From Parcubacteria group bacterium GW2011_GWA2_40_23 (GTDB lineage Bacteria; Patescibacteriota; Patescibacteriia; UBA11705; JABHMO01), in assembly GCA_000996245.1 (NCBI GenBank), contig LBYP01000002.1:5352-69351 (forward strand): a stretch of DNA of 64,000 bases, written 5' to 3'. The position numbers and the translations under genes are program-made. The notes under the pieces were generated by a model, which had not been told where the DNA came from, ran no database searches, and saw only the letters and a program-made list of their open reading frames with translations. Positions 35,316 to 45,220 of this stretch are shown here, in pieces (positions within the stretch are counted from its first letter, which is position 1; each line of letters opens with the position of its first letter).

Positions 35316-38300
35316 TGTATTTATATAATATAAAAATAAAATTTAGTATGACAAAAACAATTTTCATGAATCGTGCTTTTGTCAGTATTATCGCCGTGGT
35401 TACTGTTTTTACCATGAGCGGTATTGCTGGCTTAATACAACCGGCTAACGCAGCTAATCCCCCGCTTGATCCACCGTTAACAACGGCACTAGTTTATTCT
35501 AATCTTGTTGAACCAACAAATTTGACTGTTGGCGTGGATGGAAGTGTTTTGATTGCTGATTTTGACCTTCAAGGAAATGATCAACCATTAAGTAGTTTTA
35601 TGGTTTATGTTGAACCTGTAGGAGATTTTGACCCAGCAACTGATTTGGGTGCAGAAGGTTTGGCAAGTTTCACTCTTGGAATTGTTGAATCACCACAGGG
35701 GCCAGATGACGTTTTATTAAGTTTTATTGGAAACACTCCCATGGTTGGTTCGGGATTCTTTACTGGTATGTATGCTTATCAACTAACTCCAACCGGTTCA
35801 GATCCTTTAATTTCCAGTACCCTTACCACGTACTACCTAAACGCCGTGTATACGGATACGGCCGTTGTTGGGCATTCATTTGTGGTAAAAATCACTTCCC
35901 TTTCTGTTGCTTCTGGTGAATCTGCTGCAGTTTTTACGAACGTAGTTGGAGGTGATCCTGCATTACTAACAACAGAAACAATGACTTTTGTTGAAGGCGA
36001 AGAACCACCACCGGGTGGGGATGGTTTTTCCTTGGTCGCCTACGGTCCGATGCAACAAATGACTATTCCTAAATACGCTCCTGTAGATTTTTTCTTCAAT
36101 GAAGATTTAAATAGCGCTGTGAGAGCAGATTTAGATAGTTATTTTCAAACAGACCCGGTAGTTGCTGGCAATTGGAATCTCTATGATGAATATTGGGGCG
36201 AAAATCATATTTATCATGTTGGGTTTTTTCCGGCTGATGGTTGGGAGACAGGTACGTCTTACAATGTTAAAGCAGCAAAAAGCATTACAAACACTGAGGA
36301 TGAAGCATTTTCATTGGATTTGGGTGGCGGTGATGGTTTTGAATATGGTGACATGGCTTCTGACGAACTTTTTTATTATTTTACTGTTGTCGGTAGTGAT
36401 CAAGAAGACAGTGGTTACTTCCCTCCCATGGCTTTCTTGGGTTATCCTAATAATGAAATGCATAATGTACCAACAAGTTTACAACAGATAGGTGTTGAAT
36501 TTGATCGTAATGATATGGATGCTACAACGTTTACTAACGAAAATATTTATTTAGTCAAAGTTTCACCTGGCGGTGGCGAAGAGACGGTTGATGATGTAGA
36601 ACTATCCCCTGCAAGCGGCTTATCTGGCTCTGTAAGTTTGTCTGGATTTACATTAGAGGCAAATACTAAATATAGGGTTTATGTAACTCGCGATGTCATG
36701 GATAGCCGCGGGAATCGACTAGCTGGACAATTTAGTCAAGGTAGTGAACCCGGTCCCTTTACGAGCAGTTTTTATACTGGTGGAGGTTCAGATCAGCTTA
36801 TAGCTAGGTACATGGGCACAAATTTGAATTTTTTTAGAAATGGTGCCGGACAAATTGTTAACGTCCCCACGGCTGAAAATGTTCGACTATCATTTGACAA
36901 TCCTTTAATGGCCTCATCATTAACGGGCAATATTACAATTGAACCAAGCTTGGGCTGCGGTGAAGGTGGAGATTTATCTTTGTCGTATGATGCCAACTCT
37001 TTTGAAGCAATTGTAATCCCAAACTGTCTTTTTACCGCTTCAACTTCTTATACCTTAAGCTTTGAAGATTTAATGTCGGTTACGGGAACGGAGGTTAACG
37101 CTGGTAGTCTTGTTTTCACGACAGGACTAGCAGATGCCGCACAACCAACAATAAATTCTGTTATGGCCGACAATTATGGTTTGATAATTGAATTTAACGA
37201 GCCAATGGACACTACTCTTGCAGAAAACAAAGGAAACTATGCCTTAAAAGTGCGGAATGATGCTACAGACTGGGCAGAAGTTACAGCCACTCCACTTTCA
37301 AATGCTGTTGTCAGATATGAAAGTGATAATAAAACCGTGTTCATAGATATCTCATTGACTGCTGGGTCTGAATATCAAGTAACTGTCAGCAGCAATTTAA
37401 CAGATTTATCTGACAATCCCCTTTTGACTGATGGCGGTGTTAATGTTCGTACCGGTTATGTTATGGACGCGTCAAAATTTGCGGGCGGTCAAGGAAACCA
37501 AGGCATGGGTGGTAGTACTTTCGACATGGGAAACATGGGAGAAATGCCAATTGCTGTACGACCTATGTCAAAATTAGTTGGAGTTACAACAAAATATTTT
37601 GTTGATTTACCGATAAGTCAACAAATTAATGCTGGTGGCAAAATTGAATTTTGGTTCCCACAGGGATTTATAACGAGTGCTGCGATTCGTGATGCGCAAA
37701 GTCCAGTAAATGGTGACTTTAATCAACCAGCACCAGGTAAACCAAGTTTTGCGAATACAGATCCTGCCGGCACAACCAGTAATGGTGTTGCCAATGATGG
37801 TATTGGCATAATCGGCGAGCGAACTATTGTAATTAAGTTGAGCGAGGGTACTATGCCACAGGATTTTTTGCGTATCGACCTTGATGGCATTGTCAATTCT
37901 TCTACTGTGAAAAAAGAAGATACGGCAGGTTGGCAGGTCAGCATAATGACATATAATTCTTCAGGTGTAATGTTAGAAGGGCTTACATCAATGCCATTTT
38001 ATACGAGTGCTGGTGGTACAAATTCATTGACGGTTGACATTGATGGCGTTAGTGACGGTGACGATGGTTCTTTGGGAGTTTACCTATTCTCCCCCATGAC
38101 CGGTCAAATTATGCAAACAGCGACAATTACGGGCGATGAGTCAGAAGGGGTGGCCGATGGTAGTGTCACTTTCAATAATTTAGATGATGGACAATATGAG
38201 TTCTTCACAGATAAAAATGCACAACTAGATGGCAATATGTACTATGGGAATTCATTTATGGATAGTATTTCGCTGTCAGGCGGTGAGGATGAAACAAGAG

Positions 38301-41300
38301 AAATTATCTTTTCTGATCCTGCAACGCAAGACAATTTATACGCATTAGAAGTTACATTAATTGGAGATTTTACAACCGATGGCGAAAATGACAATGTTGA
38401 TATTTTTGCTGGTTCACCAAATGGATTTCGGGTTATCACGGCTTCACCGGGCAATACTGCTGGTTATCCTGTGACTCTATATTTACCTGATGGTGAATGG
38501 AATGTCGGTATGGGGCCGGCCATGTCTGCAACATCAACGATGGCTTCTCAAATAGATTGGATGCCACCACAAAATCAATTTGTTAAGGTTTGGAATAATG
38601 GATGGAATGCGAGCGTGCAAGAAGTAATATTGGATAGCAGTAATATAGAACAGTATTCAATCAGCGGATCAGTTGTTGATGAAAATGATGTTGGAATTGC
38701 TGATGTTGAAGTTTATGCCTATCAACCGCAAGCAAGTTTCGGAAAACAAAGTGTTAAAACGCAGTCAGATGGTTCTTTTGTCTTGAACGTAGGCTGGCCG
38801 GGTGTTTATACTCTTGGTACAAATAAAAATGGTTTTCCGGAGTCTTCACAGCAATCGATTGCGGTTAATGATGATGTCTCTGATGTTAGTTTTGTGTTGA
38901 AAAAACCAGCTTTTACAATTTCTGGCATGGTAAAAGATTATAATGGTAATGGCGTCCCTAACGCTCCTGTTTGGTCCTATCAAACAGCGGGTGGATTTGG
39001 CTGGTCTGGGACATCAACAGACGTAACAGGTTCATTTATTCTTTATGTTGATACGGGTACTTGGATGGTTGAATCAGACCCAAAAAGTGTCGGGTGGATG
39101 CAATACTCTGATGCAATTGAAATAACAGATGAATCTGTCAGTGGCATTACACTCCAACCAGATACTGATCTTGATTATGTAACCATAACAGGAAATGTAA
39201 GCATAGATGGTAATGCATATACGTACGGACCTATTCGGGCTGTAAAATACAATGCCAATGGGTCATTCGCTGGTCAGCAATATGGTGGTCAAACTGATAG
39301 TCAAGGAGATTATTCAATAACAGTACCAGAAGGAATTTATCGTGTAGATATTTGGGCTCCTGGTTATGGAGAGATTGAACGAACAGACTCTGATGATTAT
39401 CCAAATAACCCTGCAAACGTAAATGCAACCAGTGGCAATGTTGACGGAGTTGATATTACTGTCGGTGCGGATGACTTAATTGATGTCAGCGTTAATTTTA
39501 CAAATCTCGATAGCGGCGAATATGACGGTGTGTCAGCTTTTGTAACACTTAGTGCTGTTAACTTGGGGACAGGAATCCCTACCGGATACAAAAACAATAT
39601 CATGATCAAAAACATTGCTGACCCAACTTTTGATAATATTGTTAAGGTCAAGGAAGGAAATTATTTTGCCTTTGTTCAAGTGCCAGGGTATGGTGAATTT
39701 ATTCCGTTAGAGGGCCAACTAAATGCGGCCACAACACCAGGATACATTGATGTAGGCGCTGGAAGTACCGATAGTAATACACTCACTATTGATCTTCCGG
39801 ATGTAGATAATTTAATTACAGTCACTGGCTCTGTAATTGATGCAGAAGAAAGTCCAGTAGAAAATGCTTGGGTGACAATCAATAACATGGAAAAAGGTTT
39901 TAATCGCGGAGTTAATACTGATAGTAGCGGTGAATTTTCGATTAATTTACCGGTTCTTCAATCAGGAAATTATAATATTGCTGTTGGTAAACCAGGTTAT
40001 ATGGCTGTGACGCCAGAAGCTGTTGATTTAACTGATGTAAATCTAAATGGTATTGCTGATGCATTATATGAATTTACACTTCAACAGCAAACAGCACTTA
40101 TTACAGGTAATATATTTGCTGATAAAGATGGAGGCACAAATAATGTTCTTGATGTGGGAGAAGGTCTCGCTTATGGTTGGATCTTTGCTCAAGAAACAAT
40201 TACAGGTCTAGTAAGTAATACACCTGTTGATGGCAAAGGATATTATCAACTTGGAGTTGTTAATGGTACCTGGGAAGTTTTTGGTAATGCGGATGGATAT
40301 GAACAAACACAGTATAAATCGGGCGGAGTACCTGCAACGATTGTTGTCAACAATGGAAACCAAACCAACAAAAATATTGAACTTGGTTTGCGTGCAGATT
40401 GGAACAAAAAAACCAAAAAGAGCCCCATGACTTTGAATCAAGGTGGTACTATTGATGATTCAGCTTCAACCGGAACTGGTGTTAAATTGGTTGTTCCAGC
40501 GAATGCCATGGGGACATCAAGTTCTTCTGGGTCATTCAATATATCGAACACAACATCAGTTGGTTCATCTAATACGTCTAGACCCTTTGGTATGGAAGGA
40601 AAAGTTGTTAGTGCTGTTGATGCAGATGGTCAACCAATCACGACATTAAGCGATTACATTGACATTGAAATGGTTGTTTGGAAATCAGAAGTTGATGCTG
40701 AAATTGCAGCTGAAAGAATGACTGAAATGTCTGATCTTTTATCCGCTCAACTTGGGTATTATGACAATTCAACAGATAATTGGGTCGCATTAGAAACAAC
40801 GCGTGTCGCCTACTATCAAGAAAATGAAGATGATGCAGAATGGAAAACTTACATTAGCGATGATGAAACATTAAATGATTATGAAGCTTTTATTACGGAT
40901 GCTTTGATTGACGAAACCTTCACTGCTTATTTCGACTATAAGCTTGTTTTCACAGCCAAAACAAACCACTTAACGACTTTTGGGGTAACAACCGCGCTCG
41001 GTGTTGCCGGTGGCGAGGAATCAGCTAATGATGCACCAAGAAGCACTAGCGGCGCCGGTTCAGCTGTTATTCTTGTAACTGAAACAATTGTAGACAAAGC
41101 TATTACAGTTCCCCTTTCAACTTCATCATCAACAGTAGTTTTATCAAAGGCAGGGACTATGAATTTTACAAGCTCCGGTTTAGCTCATAGTTTAACGCTC
41201 AAAAATGTTGATGTGACTGGTCAGTCAGCAATTTTAGTAGTAGCGAGTACCCCCTTCGAAGTAACGGCTAAATTGAACAAGGCGGAATTAGTAGACATAA

Positions 41301-42001
41301 ATAAAGATGGTGTTAATGACATGGAAGTCTTGTTAACAGCGATAAATTCAGCAAATGATGTGAAATTAACAGTGAAGTTATTAGTTGGGGCGAGTATAGT
41401 CCCTCCAGGAGCCGTTGTGACACCAACTCCTGTAGCTGAAACACCCGCAACCACAGCTGTTACCACAGAGTATATGCCTCGTAAAGCTGCTGTGATTAAT
41501 CTTATGAGTGAACAGCAGGCCTTAACTGACTTCATTGCTTTGACAAAACTCGTACCAAACACGCAAGCCGACAACTGGGTAGTAGATTACCTTGCTTATG
41601 GTAATTCAACTCGTACCTTGGCAATGTCAGCTCGAGAAAGAAAGGGCATCTTGGAAGATTTTATCTCAATTTATGGCAACTTACCTAAGACTGAAAGTGA
41701 TTGGAAGGCTCTAGCTGAAATAGCGGCCGGTAAAGTCACTCCTAAGCGTGTTATTGCTCAGGAAGTTAAAGCGATCAAGGAATTCTTTAAAATCTTTAAG
41801 AAGACTGTTAATTTTAAAGATAAAACCAACGAATCCTTTGTTCACAAATTGTCTTATAGAATGCGAGTTGATCAGCGGAATTTAGCTAAGGAGCAAACAG
41901 CTTTAACTAAATTTATAAAAGTGTATCAAAAGAAGCCTTGGGATGGATATGCTTGGTCGATTGTGAGAGCACTCGCCTATTCTGGGATATTAGACAAATA
42001 A
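35315..42001 (+). CDS. Giant (2228 aa) secreted/cell-surface protein with Ig-like and CarboxypepD_reg-like repeats (alternative start ATG 35348)
   Basis: Signal/anchor NRAFVSIIAVVTVFTMSGIAGLIQPANA. Repeated modules of the type ISGSVVDENDVGIADVEVYAY...SDGSF and VTGSVIDAEESPVENAWV...TDSSGEF. Thr/Ser/Gly/Asp-rich and Cys-poor. Confidence 0.85.
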   Translation: MYLYNIKIKFSMTKTIFMNRAFVSIIAVVTVFTMSGIAGLIQPANAANPPLDPPLTTALVYSNLVEPTNLTVGVDGSVLIADFDLQGNDQPLSSFMVYVEPVGDFDPATDLGAEGLASFTLGIVESPQGPDDVLLSFIGNTPMVGSGFFTGMYAYQLTPTGSDPLISSTLTTYYLNAVYTDTAVVGHSFVVKITSLSVASGESAAVFTNVVGGDPALLTTETMTFVEGEEPPPGGDGFSLVAYGPMQQMTIPKYAPVDFFFNEDLNSAVRADLDSYFQTDPVVAGNWNLYDEYWGENHIYHVGFFPADGWETGTSYNVKAAKSITNTEDEAFSLDLGGGDGFEYGDMASDELFYYFTVVGSDQEDSGYFPPMAFLGYPNNEMHNVPTSLQQIGVEFDRNDMDATTFTNENIYLVKVSPGGGEETVDDVELSPASGLSGSVSLSGFTLEANTKYRVYVTRDVMDSRGNRLAGQFSQGSEPGPFTSSFYTGGGSDQLIARYMGTNLNFFRNGAGQIVNVPTAENVRLSFDNPLMASSLTGNITIEPSLGCGEGGDLSLSYDANSFEAIVIPNCLFTASTSYTLSFEDLMSVTGTEVNAGSLVFTTGLADAAQPTINSVMADNYGLIIEFNEPMDTTLAENKGNYALKVRNDATDWAEVTATPLSNAVVRYESDNKTVFIDISLTAGSEYQVTVSSNLTDLSDNPLLTDGGVNVRTGYVMDASKFAGGQGNQGMGGSTFDMGNMGEMPIAVRPMSKLVGVTTKYFVDLPISQQINAGGKIEFWFPQGFITSAAIRDAQSPVNGDFNQPAPGKPSFANTDPAGTTSNGVANDGIGIIGERTIVIKLSEGTMPQDFLRIDLDGIVNSSTVKKEDTAGWQVSIMTYNSSGVMLEGLTSMPFYTSAGGTNSLTVDIDGVSDGDDGSLGVYLFSPMTGQIMQTATITGDESEGVADGSVTFNNLDDGQYEFFTDKNAQLDGNMYYGNSFMDSISLSGGEDETREIIFSDPATQDNLYALEVTLIGDFTTDGENDNVDIFAGSPNGFRVITASPGNTAGYPVTLYLPDGEWNVGMGPAMSATSTMASQIDWMPPQNQFVKVWNNGWNASVQEVILDSSNIEQYSISGSVVDENDVGIADVEVYAYQPQASFGKQSVKTQSDGSFVLNVGWPGVYTLGTNKNGFPESSQQSIAVNDDVSDVSFVLKKPAFTISGMVKDYNGNGVPNAPVWSYQTAGGFGWSGTSTDVTGSFILYVDTGTWMVESDPKSVGWMQYSDAIEITDESVSGITLQPDTDLDYVTITGNVSIDGNAYTYGPIRAVKYNANGSFAGQQYGGQTDSQGDYSITVPEGIYRVDIWAPGYGEIERTDSDDYPNNPANVNATSGNVDGVDITVGADDLIDVSVNFTNLDSGEYDGVSAFVTLSAVNLGTGIPTGYKNNIMIKNIADPTFDNIVKVKEGNYFAFVQVPGYGEFIPLEGQLNAATTPGYIDVGAGSTDSNTLTIDLPDVDNLITVTGSVIDAEESPVENAWVTINNMEKGFNRGVNTDSSGEFSINLPVLQSGNYNIAVGKPGYMAVTPEAVDLTDVNLNGIADALYEFTLQQQTALITGNIFADKDGGTNNVLDVGEGLAYGWIFAQETITGLVSNTPVDGKGYYQLGVVNGTWEVFGNADGYEQTQYKSGGVPATIVVNNGNQTNKNIELGLRADWNKKTKKSPMTLNQGGTIDDSASTGTGVKLVVPANAMGTSSSSGSFNISNTTSVGSSNTSRPFGMEGKVVSAVDADGQPITTLSDYIDIEMVVWKSEVDAEIAAERMTEMSDLLSAQLGYYDNSTDNWVALETTRVAYYQENEDDAEWKTYISDDETLNDYEAFITDALIDETFTAYFDYKLVFTAKTNHLTTFGVTTALGVAGGEESANDAPRSTSGAGSAVILVTETIVDKAITVPLSTSSSTVVLSKAGTMNFTSSGLAHSLTLKNVDVTGQSAILVVASTPFEVTAKLNKAELVDINKDGVNDMEVLLTAINSANDVKLTVKLLVGASIVPPGAVVTPTPVAETPATTAVTTEYMPRKAAVINLMSEQQALTDFIALTKLVPNTQADNWVVDYLAYGNSTRTLAMSARERKGILEDFISIYGNLPKTESDWKALAEIAAGKVTPKRVIAQEVKAIKEFFKIFKKTVNFKDKTNESFVHKLSYRMRVDQRNLAKEQTALTKFIKVYQKKPWDGYAWSIVRALAYSGILDK

Positions 42002-42006
42002 CGGAT

Positions 42007-42071
42007 AAAAAAATATACGGGGGTAGGGAACAAAAATCTTTGTTCCCTACAAACACCCGTATATTTTTTTT
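42007..42071. terminator. Bidirectional nested-hairpin terminator between convergent genes
   Basis: A-tract, ATATACGGGGGTAGGGAACAAA-N4-TTTGTTCCCTAC..CACCCGTATAT, T-tract. Confidence 0.75.
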
Positions 42072-42081
42072 GTAATTCTAT

Positions 42082-43269
42082 TTAAGGCAAATAGTTTAAA
42101 GGATTAACCGGAATTCCATTCAACCTAACTTCAAAGTGCAAGTGTGGCCCAGTTGTCAGATTGCCGGCGCCTTGGGTTCCTGGCATACCGCCTGTATTCC
42201 CTATTATTTCTCCCTTGGCAACGAATTCATCATTTTGCACAAATATTTTACTGACGTGTCCATAAACCGTAGAAAGACCGTCGCTGTGAATCAAGGAAAT
42301 GTAACTGTATCCCATACCTGCATTTCTAACGTTTAGCACATAGCCATCGGCTGGAGCCCTGATTGAAGTCCCTTGTTTAACCGCAATATCGATGGCTGGG
42401 TGTTCAAATAAATAACGAAACGGATAGCCGGGGTCATGGAATGTAGTGGTGATTCGGCGTGAGCTAAGAGGCCAATCAAAATCTGAAGAAGTTAATTGTT
42501 GAGGTTTAGATTTAAGTTTACTGCGCAATGCCTTTTCCATCTGCGCAATTTGCGCACTAACTGCATCCTGATCACGTTTTGCTTGCTTGTATAATTCATT
42601 GTACTTTTTTTCAGACTGTTTGGTTGTTACTAAAAGGTTATCTTTGTAACTTACCTCTCCTGTTATTTCTGTCTTTTTAAGCTCAAGATCATCTTTTAAC
42701 TGAGCATATTCTTTTTGCTTAGCTTCGAGCTGGCTTTTTTTGTCAACTTGTTCCTTTTTTACTGTTTTTAAATCCCCAAGTGTTGTTTGTAGATTGACTT
42801 GAAGGTCGCGGGTGTATTCTATTTGATTGTAAAAGTCAGAAATTGTGTTGTTAAGTAAAAAAATATGGAGTTCATTCTTTTGATCATTCTCATGTATTTC
42901 TTGAAGCACTGCTGAAAGGTTCAGTTTTTGATTACTGATTCTGTCGTTAGTGTTAATTATTTGAAGTTCTAGCTTTCTTGATTCTAACTTGGCTGTGTTT
43001 ATTTCTTGCTCCGTAGCCTTGATATCAAGATTAGTTTTGGCTATTTGATTGTCGAGAATTGAAAGTTGATTAGCAAGTGAAGCAGATTCTTGTTGTTTTT
43101 TCTTGATATTTTCTTGATAAATGGACATTTGCTTTTTGAGATCATTAGCTGCATTCTTTTTTTGCTCAATTTGCAGTGTTAAGTCATCAGTTGTTTCTGC
43201 TTGAGTTAAAAAAGGTAAAAATAAAAACACTAAGCTAAGTGTTAATAAAATTTTTGTTTTTGATTTCAT
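42082..43269 (-). CDS. M23-family peptidase with long N-terminal coiled coil (EnvC-like)
   Basis: C-terminal HPAIDI, GPHLHFEVRLNG metal motifs. Signal peptide from MKSKTKILLTLSLVFLFLPFLTQA (start 43269; track start 43302). Confidence 0.85.
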   Translation of the reverse strand: MKSKTKILLTLSLVFLFLPFLTQAETTDDLTLQIEQKKNAANDLKKQMSIYQENIKKKQQESASLANQLSILDNQIAKTNLDIKATEQEINTAKLESRKLELQIINTNDRISNQKLNLSAVLQEIHENDQKNELHIFLLNNTISDFYNQIEYTRDLQVNLQTTLGDLKTVKKEQVDKKSQLEAKQKEYAQLKDDLELKKTEITGEVSYKDNLLVTTKQSEKKYNELYKQAKRDQDAVSAQIAQMEKALRSKLKSKPQQLTSSDFDWPLSSRRITTTFHDPGYPFRYLFEHPAIDIAVKQGTSIRAPADGYVLNVRNAGMGYSYISLIHSDGLSTVYGHVSKIFVQNDEFVAKGEIIGNTGGMPGTQGAGNLTTGPHLHFEVRLNGIPVNPLNYLP

Positions 43270-43420
43270 TTGTTGTAAATGTTGAAAATGTTTATCCCGC
43301 ATTTTAAGGGCTTGTCATGTAGTTAAAGAGTATACTTTATACTACATGGAACACTTTATAGTGCGGGATTCTAAATGTTCAAATTCTTCCATTACATTGT
43401 AACACAACTGAGCCTAGAAC

Positions 43421-44956
43421 TTAAGATAAGAAGTCGAGGGCTTTTTGAATCCGAGCTAATGTTTTATCTTTCCCTAGCGCAGAAGCTAGTTCAAACGGTC
43501 CTGGTGATTTGTCTCGACCAGAAAGAGCATAGCGCAAAGGCCACAGAATTGAACCAGTATCAAGGTTGTTTTGTTGAATCAAGGCCTTGAGATCAACCTC
43601 TATTTTTTCTGAGTTGAATGATTCGTCTTTTAAATCTTGAAAATATTGTAAGAGAAGTTTTAAATTCACTTTTGTTTGTTCTTTGTCGGATTTCTTCCAG
43701 ATCAAATTCTCTGCAGGATATCCAAGATTGTTACTAAGCATAAAGCCAATCGCCTCTGGTAAGTCACTTAACTTTTTAATGCGACTCTTTTCGAGGGCTA
43801 AAATGCGGTTCAATTCAGTTGGTTTAATGCTCTCCCCTGTTTCGTTAATAACAATTTTATTGTCAGAAAAAGTCAAAAGTTCAGCTTTTTCTAAATATGG
43901 TTTGGCCAGTTCTAGGAATTTTGCTTCTGAAGATTCGCGAATATAAATGCCATTAATCCAATCTAATTTATCGACGTCGAAAACAGCACCTGCTTTATGA
44001 ACATTATCAAGTGAAAATTGATTAATAAGTTCATCGAAAGTATAAACTTCTTGTTCTGTGCCGGCGTTCCAGCCGAGTAAGGCAATAAAGTTCAAAAGAG
44101 CTTCTTTTAAATAACCAGATTCAACAAAATCAGAAACACTTGAATCTCCGTCGCGTTTGCTAAGCTTTTTGCGTTGTTTGTTTAATAATTGTGGTAAATG
44201 TGCGAATTGGGGCATTTGCCAACCAAAAGCTTCATACAATAAAACATGTTTGGGTGTGCTGGCAATCCATTCGTCTCCACGCATAACTTGAGTTATTTTC
44301 ATCAAATGATCATCAACAATATTGGCAAAGTGATAAGTTGGGAAATTATCTGCTTTCATTAAAACATAGTCATCGAGGTTCTTGGTATTAAAAATAATTT
44401 CGCCACGAATTAAATCATCACAAATTACATCTTTATTTTCGGGCATGCGGAAACGAATAACATGCGGTGCCCCCTGTTTTAAAAGCGTTTGAACTTCATC
44501 TTTAGATAAATCTCGACATAAATTATCGTATTTGGGTGCCAGTTTATTTTTAACCTGATCTTCGCGTAAAGTTTCCAGTCTTTCTTTACTGCAAAAACAA
44601 TAATAGGCTTTATTTTTGTCTAATAAATCTTGTATATGTTGTTGATAGATGTCTAGTCGCTGTGATTGCGTATAAGGTCCAAAATCACCTTTTTCCTTGA
44701 CCTTGCCATCTTTTGTGAGGTATGGACCTTCATCACCCGAAATATTAGCCCATTCAAGGACTTTAAGTAAATTTTCTACTGCTCCTGGCACTTTTCTTGT
44801 TTGGTCTGTGTCTTCGATTCTAATTAAAAAATTACCTTTATAATGTTTAGCAAAAAGAAAGTTATAAAGAATGGTTCTTAGGTTGCCAATATGAACAAGT
44901 CCTGTTGGGCTTGGAGCAATACGAACGCGTACATTTTGAGTATTAAGTTTTTCCAT
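43421..44956 (-). CDS. gltX: Glutamyl-tRNA synthetase
   Basis: RIAPSPTGLVHIGN (HIGH-type) and KLSKRDG (KMSKS-type) motifs. Confidence 0.95.
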   Translation of the reverse strand: MEKLNTQNVRVRIAPSPTGLVHIGNLRTILYNFLFAKHYKGNFLIRIEDTDQTRKVPGAVENLLKVLEWANISGDEGPYLTKDGKVKEKGDFGPYTQSQRLDIYQQHIQDLLDKNKAYYCFCSKERLETLREDQVKNKLAPKYDNLCRDLSKDEVQTLLKQGAPHVIRFRMPENKDVICDDLIRGEIIFNTKNLDDYVLMKADNFPTYHFANIVDDHLMKITQVMRGDEWIASTPKHVLLYEAFGWQMPQFAHLPQLLNKQRKKLSKRDGDSSVSDFVESGYLKEALLNFIALLGWNAGTEQEVYTFDELINQFSLDNVHKAGAVFDVDKLDWINGIYIRESSEAKFLELAKPYLEKAELLTFSDNKIVINETGESIKPTELNRILALEKSRIKKLSDLPEAIGFMLSNNLGYPAENLIWKKSDKEQTKVNLKLLLQYFQDLKDESFNSEKIEVDLKALIQQNNLDTGSILWPLRYALSGRDKSPGPFELASALGKDKTLARIQKALDFLS

Positions 44957-45074
44957 AATTTATGTAAATTTCATCAACATTATAGTCTATTTTGAGCAAC
45001 AAGTAAATGACAGTCAAGGTCAACGAATATATTGGCTAAATTTATTTAAAATATTGACATATCGTTTGAAGGGG

Positions 45075-45103
45075 TTGACAAAATTGTAATTATTTGCTAT
45101 TAT
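45075..45103 (+). promoter_or_regulatory. Sigma70-type promoter of island G
   Basis: TTGACA (45075-45080), 17-nt spacer aaattgtaattatttgc, TATTAT (45098-45103); ~110-nt leader. Confidence 0.7.
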
Positions 45104-45220
45104 TACCTGTTATTCAAGTGTTTACCTTAGCTTTTTGAGGCTGAGTTAATTTCCGCCTTTTAAAGGTGTAGTGAACACCACAAGTGATCTGTTCCCCAAC
45201 CATCCGTGAGGAGGTGCCTG

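Noticed and set aside
35315-42001. Giant surface protein as a diversity-generating-retroelement target or CRISPR/other repeat locus
   Set aside because: There is no reverse transcriptase gene, no template-repeat copy of its 3' end and no direct-repeat/spacer periodicity anywhere in the window.
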